A DNA stretch of 64,000 nucleotides from Gracilinanus agilis. Its lineage: Eukaryota. A model generated the notes under the pieces. The model worked only from the letters and a program-made list of their open reading frames with translations. It ran no database searches and had not been told where the DNA came from. The translations under genes and the position numbers were made by a program. Positions 52,307 through 64,000 of the stretch are shown one piece after another; position 1 is the stretch's first letter, and every line of letters starts with the position of its first letter. The stretch covers positions 44,740,241 to 44,804,240 of the forward strand of contig NC_058134.1 in assembly GCF_016433145.1 (NCBI RefSeq). Reading direction: 5' to 3'.

Positions 52307-53629
52307 TAAAGTACAGTTAGAGTGGCACAATCTGACCATTTGATCATGCTGTTTTGACAGTTTTGTCAGGACACTCCAGTAGATTCTGAAATAGTGTTGT
52401 AGACCAAGCCACTGATCTATAGAGGATAGACATTATTTTATGAAACCCTGTATTGATTTAAAAAAGGAAAGAAAGTGTTTCCTTTTTACCTTTTTGTCCT
52501 ATCCAAAGTCTATGTAGATATAGAAAAGTGGTTGGAACATTTGAGAGTCTGCCCCCACTTCCCGCGTCCCCTTTATCAGCTCGATATTGGGAACTTCAGT
52601 TGTTCCTTGAAAGCTACTGTAATTCTTCTGTCCCCTGGAAACCCAGAGAGCTGCTGACCAGGGAAGAGATGGGCAGTCCTCTGCCTCTTTAGGCCTCCTC
52701 CATTGCTGTTACCTTCCCTGCTGTCCTTGGGGTTATTGAGGAGGGACAATAGGAACAGTGACATGAAACTTGGCTGAGGACTCTGGGGGCAACAATGCTT
52801 CTTATTTCCGGAGACTCTCAAGGGGACTATCTTATTTCTTCCCATCCATTATTGGTCAAAAATGCTTAGTCTGAAGTCACTTGATAAAGACAAGAATGGA
52901 AAATTGATAGAAAACAGATGGCTGAGTGTCTAGGGAAGGAGCGGTGATTTGAGGGGTCAGAAGTTAGGCCAGCATTTAAAAATGGGGGAGTGTTTGTTCT
53001 TTTCTCATGTCTTTATTCATCTCATGACCTTTAATAATCATATCTTTATTCATTTTAATTCTTTCCCTCTAAGACTACCCCCTGTCTAAATCTTGCTTAT
53101 ATTGGCATGTTGTTTGTTCCCTGTCATTAGACTCCGAGCTTCATGGGGCAGGGAGTATTTTTAACGTTCCTTTGCACAGTGCCAGGCACAAACTGGGTGG
53201 CATTAAACAAATGCTACTTGACTATCTGACTGACTTTATTTTTTCTAGGAAACTTGATATTTGTTCTGGGAAAAATCTTAGGAGCAACAGGAAGCTTCCT
53301 TCTGACTATCTTAAATTGTTCAGACAATTAGGAATTAGTTTTTTTTGGATGTCAAGAATAACCAGCAGGGGTTGCTTCATGTCCAGCTTTTGAACAATGC
53401 AGTAGCAGCAGGAGGATCCTTTTTGCTTATATATCCAGTTTCTGTCTTAAAAGGTTATTTGTCTGCCTCTTAATAAAAAAACAAAATACAAAATGTAATG
53501 TTTTAATGAAGGAGTTTTAAAAATAATTTACATTATGAATACATAAATGTGACCCATCTCTATGGCCTCCCCCTACCCAAATGTGTATAAAATATATTTG
53601 TTTTCAGCTCATTAGAAAGTAAGCCCTTA

Positions 53630-54180
53630 GGGCAGGTGGATATCTCAGTGGATGGAGAGCCAGGCCTGGAGATAGGAAGTCCTGGGTTCAAATGTGGTCT
53701 CTGAAACTTCCTATCCGTATGACCCTGGACAAATCACTTTACCTCAACTGCTTATCCCTTATTGCTGTCAATGTGGAATCTGGAAGCCCCCAAACTTTTA
53801 GTTAGCTTAAAGGTGACAGCCTCAGGCTTGGACCCATCACATGAGAGTTCCTCCCTGAGGAAAAGCCAAGCCCAAGCCCAGTGACTCTTCTTGTCTCCAG
53901 AAGTCTCTCTCAGTATATCACACCCTCCTTCAGAGGATCATTTCAGCTTAAGAGACTGACCTACCCGAAGTGCTGCCTACTATGCCAAAGAGTCACTTGA
54001 CTTGGGCTTGGCCTTTCCTCTGGGAGAAACTCTCTTGTGACTGGGGGGAGGGGTCCAAGCCTGAGGCTGTCACCTTTAAGCTAACTAAAAGTTTGGGGGC
54101 TTCCGGATTCCACACTATGGCTACTCTTCTGGAATCAATTCCAAGACAGAAGGTAAGGGTTTAAAAAAAAAAAAAAAAGG
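53630..54180 (+). mobile_element. SINE1_Mdo-type SINE split by a fold-back insertion
   Basis: Head and core 53630-53765 end ..cccttattgc; the SINE resumes ctcttctg..ccaagacagaaggtaagggtttaaaa at ~54123-54180. Confidence 0.85.
53766..54122. mobile_element. Fold-back (palindromic) element, TG-terminated, family unassigned
   Basis: Outer arms 53772-53835 and 54051-54114 are 63/64 complementary; inner arms 53843-53889 and 53988-54034 are 42/47; 98-bp loop. Confidence 0.9.
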
Positions 54181-55059
54181 CACGTAAGCCCTTCTAGGTG
54201 AATGGCCATGGTTCTCATGTTGAGGCTTACTAGAAGTATTGTACACCCTGTGTAAACATCTGAAAGAAGAATTGACCTTTCTTTTGAAATAGAAAAAAAA
54301 AGTGTATTTTTTCCAGCCTAATTTATAGCATGTTAAAAGTTCCAGTTGTCAATCTTTAGTGCTCTAAAAATAAAAATCAAAGTAATGCATTAATTATATG
54401 CAGAAGATTGACCTCCTTAGAGACCAGTCTTTCTTTTAATTTGTCATGTTAGGTGGTGTTTTGCTATGCTGTGCCAAAATGCTTCCTTACTAATTTGGAT
54501 CTCTGTCTGTGGATACTTACCTCTGGGGCTGATGTTTGGCCCTTAGCTAAAACTTCCCCCAGATTTCCAGGTTGCCTTGGTAATAGTTTGGAGTTTGGGG
54601 TATGAACACATTTTTTTTTTACTGATTAACTGAATGAAAAATCATCAGATTATTTCATATTGGCCATTGTGGAGCCATGAAGATTTTAACCATGTGGGGG
54701 CAGTGTTCTAGCACTGACTGGGCTCTGGGTTGGTAAAACATTGTGGATCCTTCTGGGCCATCTGGTCCCTCAGTTTGATTGAGCTTTAGAAGACATGGAA
54801 GTATTAGTTAGCATTCCATTGTTTAAAGAAAAGATCCTCAGGATACTGTGGTCTGCAGTTTAATTGAAAATGATGACAACTCTTGGGTTTTGGCAGAAGT
54901 TGTAGGGTACAGTTGGTGCACTGTTAGCTGACTCAACATAAACATTTGCCCGTTCTGTGCTAATATTGTAATACCCATGTTCTTGGTGAGATGTACTTTG
55001 GCCATAAGGAAATTTGGAGTCTTGAATTTTTTGTAATGGTGATAGAAAAAAGGTTTTTA

Positions 55060-55398
55060 GACTCTTCTTGTCTCCAGAAGCCTCTCCCAGTATATCACAC
55101 CCTCCTTCCCAGAATCCAATGCGGGACCTTGAGTTTAGGAGCCTGATATGCTGCCTACTGCTATAAAGAGTCACTGGGCTTGGGCTTGCCCCTGATGGGA
55201 ATGATCATCCCCACTCAAGCTCAAAATAAGGTCTTTTGTTAGTCTGAGACAAGTGAAGTTGGACTTTCCCTCAGGGAAGAACCATTACACAACAAGGTCA
55301 AACTCCCCCCCAGGTTTTCACCATTGAGCTAAGTAAACTGGGGTTCATCAAATCTTTCCAGGCTACAAGTTTGGGGGCTTCTAGATAACAAGTAGACA
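55060..55398. mobile_element. Second, one-armed relative of the fold-back element
   Basis: Shares the loop (actcttcttgtctccagaag..cagtatatcacaccctccttc), inner arm (aagagtcactgggcttgggcttg) and terminus (gtttgggggcttctagataacaagtagaca). Confidence 0.8.
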
Positions 55399-56313
55399 CT
55401 TAGACTCCAAAGGTAAGAGCTAGGCAACTGGGTTAAGTGACTTGCCCAGGTTCACACAGGTAGGAAGTACTAGTGATTAATCTTGATGTTCTGGCTATAA
55501 ATGAAATTAGAAGAAAGAAAGACCTTTGCATTTAAATGGAAGGATGACTCAGAGAGAGGTAAATAAGGGAGTTAGAGAACTTGTTTCTAACTTGTGCTTT
55601 AGAGCAATTACAAGGTCATGCATAATGTGCATTTGCAAAAAAGATTGCTCTAAAAAGGAATTATTTATGCACTGGGGCCTTGTGCTGTAGATTGGGTGGA
55701 GAAATTCAAGAATGAATTTGATAAGATTCTTCAAATTAAATCTATATATTCTTTGATACTCAGGGCCTTCAGTGCAAAGGTGGAACTAGCTAGGTATTAT
55801 GAGAAATGTATTAGAAACACTAATTGTGAAGGACCAAGAAAAGCCAAAGACTGCTGGACCTGCAGGAAACTGAGAAGAAAACTAGTAGTTACCATCTCCA
55901 TTTTTTAGCTGAGAAAACTAAGGCTGAGGAAGGTTTGTTGACTTGCTTAAATCACATAGTTAATGAATGTGGAAGGCCCAGTTCCGACTCAGGTTTTCCA
56001 ATTCCAATCCCAGCCCTTTGTCCATTTTACTACCAGTATGCAGTTGAAGCAATACAATCCTAATCAGTACAAAGAGGAGGTGGATTTTGGGAGGCTTCCT
56101 TTCCTCTGTTTGAGTTGGCCTTGCTGGTCCTCATCAGACCGATTTTTCAATACTTTTGTAAGGCAAAAGTAGCTTAGAACCTTAGAGCAGTGTACCTGAG
56201 GAATATCATGACCTGACTTAGCATATTCTAAGCCAATCTTATGCCAAGAGTTGTGGTCTTCCCACATTGGCCACCTGGGGAAGTTGAGAGGGAAGGTCAT
56301 TCTAGGTTGGTAA

Positions 56314-56346
56314 GGGGCCTGGGGCCTGGGTGGGTGGGTGGGTGGG
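56314..56346 (+). repeat. G-rich (GGGT)n tract, potential G-quadruplex
   Basis: ggggcctggggcctgggtgggtgggtgggtggg: seven G-runs. Confidence 0.8.
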
Positions 56347-59300
56347 TCAGGTAACTCTAGTACCTTGTTTCAGACAGATCTCAGCCATGATCCCATGGTA
56401 TGAGGAGCATGGCTAGTTTGAGCTGTAACTACTGATGTGTAGTGGTATGCAAGATGAGAGCAGATAATGGATAGTGAGGTGGGCTGGTGATTTAGCTCAT
56501 CATACCAGCTAAATTAGCAAAAGGAAAGGAATAAGTGGAGTGAGAGGCTGAAAGGTCAAGGAGGGAAAATGAATCTTAAGACAACTCATACTGCACAAAT
56601 ATGAGAAATTCCAGTCACGTGTAGCTCCAGGGCTGAAAAGGTTCTATGCTTGGTAATTAAAGTGGCAGGATTTAACTGCTTGATTAATTAAAAGTCCCAT
56701 CAGATTTTGATGGCTAAGGTCCATGCCCTGGTATGAAAGGAGTGCAGTTCCACTCATGGAACAGGGAAATCCAGAAGGGCAGTTTCTGTCAAGTGGCCTT
56801 GTCTAGGCCTCCTCCTCATTGGTTACAACATCTCGCCTGGTTATCAGTGCCAGGCTTGTACCAGAGTTAGGAAGAGAGTGGCACAACCCCTCCCTGCCTT
56901 CCCTAGGGAAGAGGAGGGAAAGGGCAAGTTAAATGCAATAAGTAAAACAATACTCAAGAAGAATTCTAGGATTTTACAAAATCATTTAGACAAAAATCCA
57001 GGAAAACCCTGAGAGTTCTGGTTTCTGTTTACAGAGAGCATTGTTCTCCATGAGGTTGAGCTTGTTACCTCCTCGAGCCTTTACTCAAGACATCTCTTAT
57101 ATTGTTGTCAGGACACATATCCCTCTTGATTCTGACTTTTTCCCTCAGGTGGATGGAGATCTTTTGGCCAGAAGGCTGGTCTACATTTGGGTGCCACAGG
57201 GAACCTGGCAGACCATAGCATTAATTCAGGGTAGGTGGAGATACAGCATTTCAGGGAAAGGGAAATGCCCTTCAGGGGCATATTTGTATTGTTTCTGGAT
57301 TGTGGCATTACAAAGGAAAGGATATGGGGCCAGCCCACTAAATGAAGATGGGAATTATGTCATCTGGAAAAGGAGAAAGGCCAGAGGAAGAGCAGGAAGA
57401 TGCCATTTTAGGGAACATCCTGGGATACTAAGAGGGCATTAGCACACAGGGCACAGCAGGGTAACATAACTTGCTGAAGAAGTTGCTCTACACAGCACTT
57501 CTTCATAATACAAAGTGGGCACAATGACAATTGTTGGGCTTTATTGGGCTTAGAATGCCGGCCTAGTGCCCACCTGAATGTTCTGCTTTGCTCTAAAGGC
57601 TAGGAAGGCTAGTGCCTTTTGGGATGTAGGGGACCCAGCGAAGAATCTTCTGACAACCTGAGACAGTAGAGTAGGCAGCCTTACCATGAGGCCTTTACGT
57701 TTTCCTTAATCCAGTAACACTTGAAATTTTAGTGGTGCATAGTGATGCCTTGTGTTGCTTCTGAGAGGTTCCTTTTGAGGAAAAACAGAAACATCCACTG
57801 GGCTTAGGGGTTACCAAGCCAAGCCCCCAATGATGCCTCCCTCCCCAAAAATCCTGCTGTATTAGAAATCACCTTCTGATATTTTGGCTGTGTATTTCTT
57901 GCTAGAGACTGAGACACCTCTCTGTATGTCACCTTGTTGCCTTTTGGCCTGAACATGGCCATAATAGTGTTATATTTGCTTCCCTATCCCATGAGGCTAA
58001 CCAAGGTTAGTAGCAATCTATTCTCAGATAGAAATGACACATTTAGGACAATGCCAAGAGCAGGCTTTCTGCTACTAGCCAGCAGCATAAGCAGGTTTCC
58101 TGGCTGCCACACCTTGAGGCCCCATCTCATTAGCATCCTAAGGATTAACCTACAAGGAATATAATCCCAGTGAGTGGAAGTTCACTGAGCTCTTTCGTAG
58201 CCATGTCCAGCGTGAGGGAGCATGGCGGAGTCACACTCTGACCACCATCCAGCCAGTGATCATAATTAGAGGCAGTTCATCTGGCCATCCATCAGGCCTG
58301 CTTGGACAGCTGGGCCTTCTTACCTTGTCACCAACAGCTTAGATGAATGGTCTGGCTATCGAGCTGCAAATTAATGGCCAATACAAGCAATCATTTGTGC
58401 CTGCTGGTTCGAATGAAGCCTGTAGGAACAGTTAAGAAGCTGATTGGATAGAAGGGAATTGAGTCTAGCCCTGAACCCCTCGGTGCTGCTGCTAAGGAAG
58501 AGACATTCACCACCACTTCCTTGGGATGGGCTCTTGGCGAAGAGGTCCCAAATAGGAGCTGGGGTCTGGGGGAGAACTTATGAGTGGTATCCCTCAGAAG
58601 AAACGGAAGGGCCAGGGAAGAGACCTGCAATTTTACTCAGGATTAGCGACTCCCTCAGGCTTTCTCTCCTTCACAAACCTCTGGGGATCGTACTGTCCTT
58701 TCTTTCTATTCCATCTTTCTTCTTATTTTTGGTAGCTTTAGAAAATCAATTCAGAAACATTATCAACCTGAATTAAACAAAAGTTTTGTCCCATGTGCTG
58801 TGTGTCCAAAGTAAACTTAGGAGAATCATTGGTCAGCAGAATCACGGGAGCCAATCAAAACACTAGACTAAAAGACTAAATCTGGAGGAATGATCCGGAA
58901 TGAATGAGAATGAGCAAAAAAGCCAGGGGTAGAAGGTGTCCAGAGAGTGGATAAGAACTAAGGATCTCTCTGCCCCCCAATAGAAATCAGATCAGAATTT
59001 GAAGACTGGACAGGAAGCCAAGGAGGGCTCTTTAGTTCATAAGAGGAAGTAGCATGTCCCTATTATAGGTTTAAAGGCCTCCAGTGAGACCTATACAATC
59101 AGTCAGACCATTAATGAGTAGCATCATTTTCTTAGTTTTCTAGTGACAAGAAAAACCAGACTTATTTCTGATCTCTGGAAATTGTGAAAAGTATACAGTT
59201 CTTTTCTTTAGAAAGAAAATTAGAAGTTGGGGTGGAGTGACATAGAATGGAAACTAAAATCAATATTTTCAGCTTAAGCTCTCACCAAGTGAGGTTATTG

Positions 59301-60189
59301 TGACTCTGACCAAGCCCAACCTCCTGCAAGAGTTCATTTAAAAAATATTCACCATTTATTTCAGTGCTGACGCGGATTCCTTTGCCTTGAGTCATTTGTA
59401 ATAAATATAGTGATAATACGTTACGAGGGCACAGTATATGTTGTTAAATTGGAATCAATAAAGCCCAGACTAGTCAGATCCTGCCATTCTGTCATCTAGA
59501 AGCTTCTATTACATGACTGACCTTTTTTCCCCCTTTTTTAAAAAATGTTTTTTATGTAGTTAAGAAAAATGTGTTGTCCTGTGAAGCTGTGATTCTTAAA
59601 TGTTCTGTCACCTATAAATTCTCTAAATGGTAACCTTCTAGAATACCGACTCCGGGTTTTGATTCATGCTTCTGGTTTTTACATTTAACAAAATGGTTCA
59701 GAAATGAAGTCTGCTTATGATACCTCTTCTCTTTTTCCATAATTCCAGCTGATATTTGTATGACCCCTTCAGGTTTGCAAAGTGCATTCCATGTATTAAT
59801 TAGCTTATTTGATCTTAAGTATAGCATAGATGATAAACTTCATTTTGCAGATGAAGAAACTCTGGTTGAGGGAATCTCACTTGACTTTCCTAGGTCTCTT
59901 TCGACTCCAAATGTCATGCTTTTTCCACTACATCTTGGTGAGATCTTGCTTTCAGGCATAGACACAAGCCCTTATTCTTCATCTCTTAATTCAAGTTCAT
60001 GTCTTGATTTCTTTTGACTTATTTAGGGTAAAGGATATTGAGTCAACAAAATTTCACTTTCCCCCATGAATCATATTAATTGAGTTTTTATATATGTACA
60101 AGAGATCCTAAAAAAGGCTCTTATGATTTTTTAAATGAAGGAATGTTAGATGATTTTTACTAAAAAAAAGTTTAAATAGCTATTTAAAT

Positions 60190-60320
60190 AAACTAAGGAG
60201 ACATTAATGCATTGAGGTTAAGAAGGAAAATAGTTGCAAAATCCTTGCATTCAAACTAAGGAGACATTAATGCATTGAGGTTAAGAAGGAAAATAGTTGC
60301 AAAATCCTTGCATTCAAACT
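60190..60320. repeat. Perfect 63-bp tandem duplication
   Basis: aaactaaggagacattaatgcattgaggttaagaaggaaaatagttgcaaaatccttgcattc x2, followed by aaact. Confidence 0.97.
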
Positions 60321-60439
60321 TCTCTAATGAGGATTTGGTATTTAAGATATATAAACAATTAATAAACATATATTTACCTGCTTAAATATATATTCATGTA
60401 AATAATAAATATATGCATGTGTATATATATATGTGTGTT

Positions 60440-61350
60440 TTTAACCAGTTGCCATTTTCCAATAGATAAATGGTTAAAGGATATGAACAAATAATTCTCA
60501 AAAGAACTGCAGAGTATTTATAGCCATATGAAAAAATGTTCTATATCACTAATAGTAAGAGAAATGGAAATTAAAACAATTTTGTGGTGCTACCTCATAC
60601 CTTGCAAATAAGCAAAAATAACAGTAGTCAATGTTGGAGGAGTTATGGAAGCATAGGCACCTTGACATTGCTGATGTAACCATTTTGGAAAATGATGTAA
60701 CATGAAATGATGTAACCATTTTGGAAAATAATTTAGAATTATGCAAGTAAAATGACTAAAATGCCTATACCCATTGAACTAGAGGCTCCATTATTGAGCT
60801 GCCACACCAGGGAAGCTGCTGCTAAGAAAAAAAAATCCCCATATACTCCAAAATATTTATATCAGCCTTTGTGATAGCTAAGAATTAGAAACAAAGTAGA
60901 TGTCCATCAATTGGGGGATGGCTAAACAACTAGTGGTACATGAATGTACTAGAATGTTACTGTATGTGATAGATAGGAGAAGCATAGGAAGATCTCTCTG
61001 AATGATACAGAGTGAAGTAAGCAGGGCCAGGAAAACAAAATGATTCCTGTAAATAGAACAATGCTGCAGAAAACCAGAAGTGTAACTAAAAGAGACTTCT
61101 AAAAATCAAGCAGGATGCAGATGAAGAGACATGTGCAGCCACACTTGACCTACCCTTGGTGGAGGCGGGAGATCTTCAGGGACTTTACATTGCACATGTT
61201 TTTTGACTTGTTCAATGTATCAATCAGTTGTGCCAACCTTTTTTTTTCCTCTCCAAAAAAATATTGTTTTATGGGATGACTCTCTGAAAGAAGTGGGGAA
61301 AGCTATTTTAGTGGAAAAAAGAAGCAGAAAATACCAATAAAAACTTAAAA
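60440..61350 (+). mobile_element. Old marsupial L1 3' fragment (ORF2 end plus 3' UTR)
   Basis: aagagaaatggaaattaaaacaa, gtaaccattttggaaa, gatgtccatcaattgggggatggctaaacaactagtggtacatgaatg are L1 ORF2 C-terminal motifs. Confidence 0.85.
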
Positions 61351-61809
61351 AAGAAACAAGGAAGATTTCTGGTCAGTAAAGCATGATTTTACTTTCAAAG
61401 TGACCTAAAGCCTTCCTATCTCTATTTCTTGATTTATTCCTACATTGGAAAAAACTGCTTCCCTGATACACATAGTAGTGAAAGCAATGCTTTAAAAACA
61501 TTTCTTCTCCGAAAGGAAAAGTATTTTTGTCATTGTAAAAAGTAGAGATTTCTAAAGGAAATCAGCAGGTTGTAGAATTCTTTTTTCCCACCTCCTCTCC
61601 CCACCAAAAAAATCATAGATCATAAATTTAGAGCTAGAAGGGACCTTAAAGCCACCTAGGCTGATCATCTGCTTTACACATAAAGAATCAGAGGCTCAAA
61701 GATGTTGTTCTTGCCCAAGCTCACACAAGTAGTGAGTAACAGAGTCAATATTTGAACTCAGGTCTCCTAACTCTAAATCCTGTGTTCCTTCCTGGGGCCA
61801 AATATACGC

Positions 61810-62651
61810 TGTAAGACTTTAAGGGGGTGTCACCCCGAAACTGGGTGACATGGATGGTCATGCCACCCCACAGGAGTTGGGGGTGAGGCTTCTCTATAAG
61901 ACTAGATATGGGGTACCCCAATTCGACTCTGAATAAGGACGGGGTTCACACAAACCTCCCCCCAATTAGTTAAATTCACAGTGGGTGGTCTAGCTTCAAG
62001 ATGGAGGCAGCCAGACCAAGCTGTGTTTCCCCTCTCCTTTGTTGTCTCTCAGGCACACTGGAATGCTATCTGACTGATGAATGGCTTTTATTATTCACAA
62101 TTCAGGGATTAGGGAAAGGGGTGAAGGGCAGAGAGATTTTGGGGTGCCCTCTTCACTATTGCTATGAGGTCTGTCACTTGGGTGGGATCCCTAATGGTTC
62201 TCACTCCTAAGCTCCTCCCCTCGATCCTTCTCCTTCTGTTTCTATTTCTATCCCTTTCTATAATTGTAAGGTTTGACTGAAAAAGGGTCTCTCTGCAGGG
62301 TTGGGTAATGGGAGAAGGAGACTTAAGAAATCACTCCCAAAATTGAGCCCAAAAATTTAGCTGACTCAATGTTGAAGTCTTGATGGGTGAGATGCGATGG
62401 AATGGCTTTGATCAGGGGATCAGGGTTTCAATTTCCAAAGAAAGATCTTCTGGAAGCCCTCTGGACTGGATTTGAGCTGGGATGTCCTCCTCCTCTCTCT
62501 TCCCAGTCCTCCGCTGGAAGCCCTCTCTTCTCCCTCTTCCTTCGGAGAATCTCACAGAATTCAGTCTGGTCTCAACTGTCAGTAACTGTCACCAACTGCC
62601 TTCTTCTGGCTCCTTTTGTCCCATCCCCTTGGCACAAATCCCGTCCTTACA
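61810..62651. mobile_element. LTR-like element (possibly composite)
   Basis: tgtaagac... / ...gtccttaca termini, CpG-retaining 5' part; flanks (acgc / ctag) give no TSD. Confidence 0.6.
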
Positions 62652-63062
62652 CTAGGTAACTCAATATCAAAATTTTGGATCATAAATCTAAAACAGGAGA
62701 CAGCCTCAGTCAAAATGCCTTGTATTCAGTTCTCTGAAGCATATTGGCTATGTGATCTTGGGCAAGTCACATAAGTACTCTTGGTGCTCCTAGGCAACTT
62801 TCTAAGACCATAAGTAGCAGAACAATTGATTTTTTTTTTTAAACTGATAGACATAGGTTGTTTCCCCACAGGGAGATCTACCACAACAATGAAATCATTG
62901 GTCTAGTCACACACAAAAAAACCAAAACAATTAAAAAAAACAAAAATGACCCAAATAGTCAACCACCTTTTTCATGAATTAGAATTGTATGTGTTGTAGA
63001 TAATGAAGATATAGAAAAGTAGGTGGAATGTGACTCCAGGACCTTCCCTGGAAGTTATTTTT

Positions 63063-63266
63063 TTTCAACTTTTTTTTTTTAAACCCTTAACTTTTGTGTA
63101 TTGGCTCCTTGGTGGAAGAGTGGTAAGGGTGGGCAATGGGGGTCAGGTGACTTGCCCAGGGTCACACAGCTGGGAAGTGTCTGAGGCCGGATTTAAACCT
63201 AGGACCTCCCTTCTCTAGGCCTGACTCTCAATCCACTGAGCTACCCAGCTGCCCCTCCACCCCCGA
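63063..63266 (-). mobile_element. Young SINE1_Mdo with TSD
   Basis: 12-bp TSD gaagttattttt at 63051-63062 and 63267-63278; intact head agggcagctgggtagctcagtggattgag. Confidence 0.92.
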
Positions 63267-63491
63267 GAAGTTATTTTTAAAAACTGTTAATATCAGATGG
63301 TTTTCTTGCCATTTGTTTCCTTCTCCTAAAAGTGAAGTGGTTGGGAAAAGAACCATAATATGAGAGTTTCTTGAACATGGTTTACTGTGTTGGGACCCCT
63401 TGTTTTGTTTTGAAATAAATTTTGAGGTTCATTATTTAACTATGCAAGGCTTAACCAGAAGAGGAGAAAATGCTAGTATGGAATAACTTGA

Positions 63492-63734
<243 letters not shown>

Positions 63735-64000
63735 TATTTGTACATATTTTGAACGTTTGTATTTTCTCTTTTGCAGCCATTTGGGAATGTTTCTTAAGCA
63801 TTTTATTTTGGCCTCTTCATTTTTTTAAAGAATGGCATATGTTAGTTATGTGGAGTATGTTTGAACTCTGTTTAATGTAATTGAAATATTTCAACAAAAA
63901 TAATAGCAGTTATTAGATCTAGGAACACATGATGTGTGTCTGTACCTGACACCACTCTTCTTGCTTTTGTAAGATCTCTAACATAAAACTCATGACCATT

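Noticed and set aside
54513-54522. ATACTTACCT identical to the U1 snRNA 5' end
   Set aside because: Downstream sequence does not match U1; it is the complement of a 5' splice-site-like motif

Overview
Eukaryotic, marsupial genomic DNA. The SINE1_Mdo-type SINEs, MAR1/RTE elements, marsupial L1 and hAT MITEs point to a didelphid opossum, most likely Monodelphis domestica. Two spliced genes lie head-to-head on a 347-bp CpG-rich bidirectional promoter. KIF15 (kinesin-12) is on the minus strand: coding exons 1-15 run from 27185 to 994 (1817 nt, frame continuous, all GT-AG) and the gene continues off the left edge. KIAA1143 is on the plus strand: 3 coding exons at 27533-63734, 154 aa, with a 27.2-kb intron 2. 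The rest is intronic DNA rich in SINEs, MIR/L2/CR1, L1, RTE, hAT MITEs and solo LTRs. There is no CRISPR array, rRNA or true tRNA, and I found no clearly new protein-coding system. The most unusual structures are: (1) a TG-terminated fold-back element with about 111 bp of paired arms inserted into a SINE, plus a second related copy broken at the same point; (2) a ~125-bp locally templated inverted duplication fused to a SINE 5' end by microhomology; (3) a nested/inverted solo-LTR cluster; (4) candidate cryptic exons and a CpG-enriched, homeodomain/POU-motif-rich block in KIAA1143 intron 2. Gene and repeat-family names come from recalled sequence knowledge, not a database search. Repeat boundaries without TSDs are approximate.
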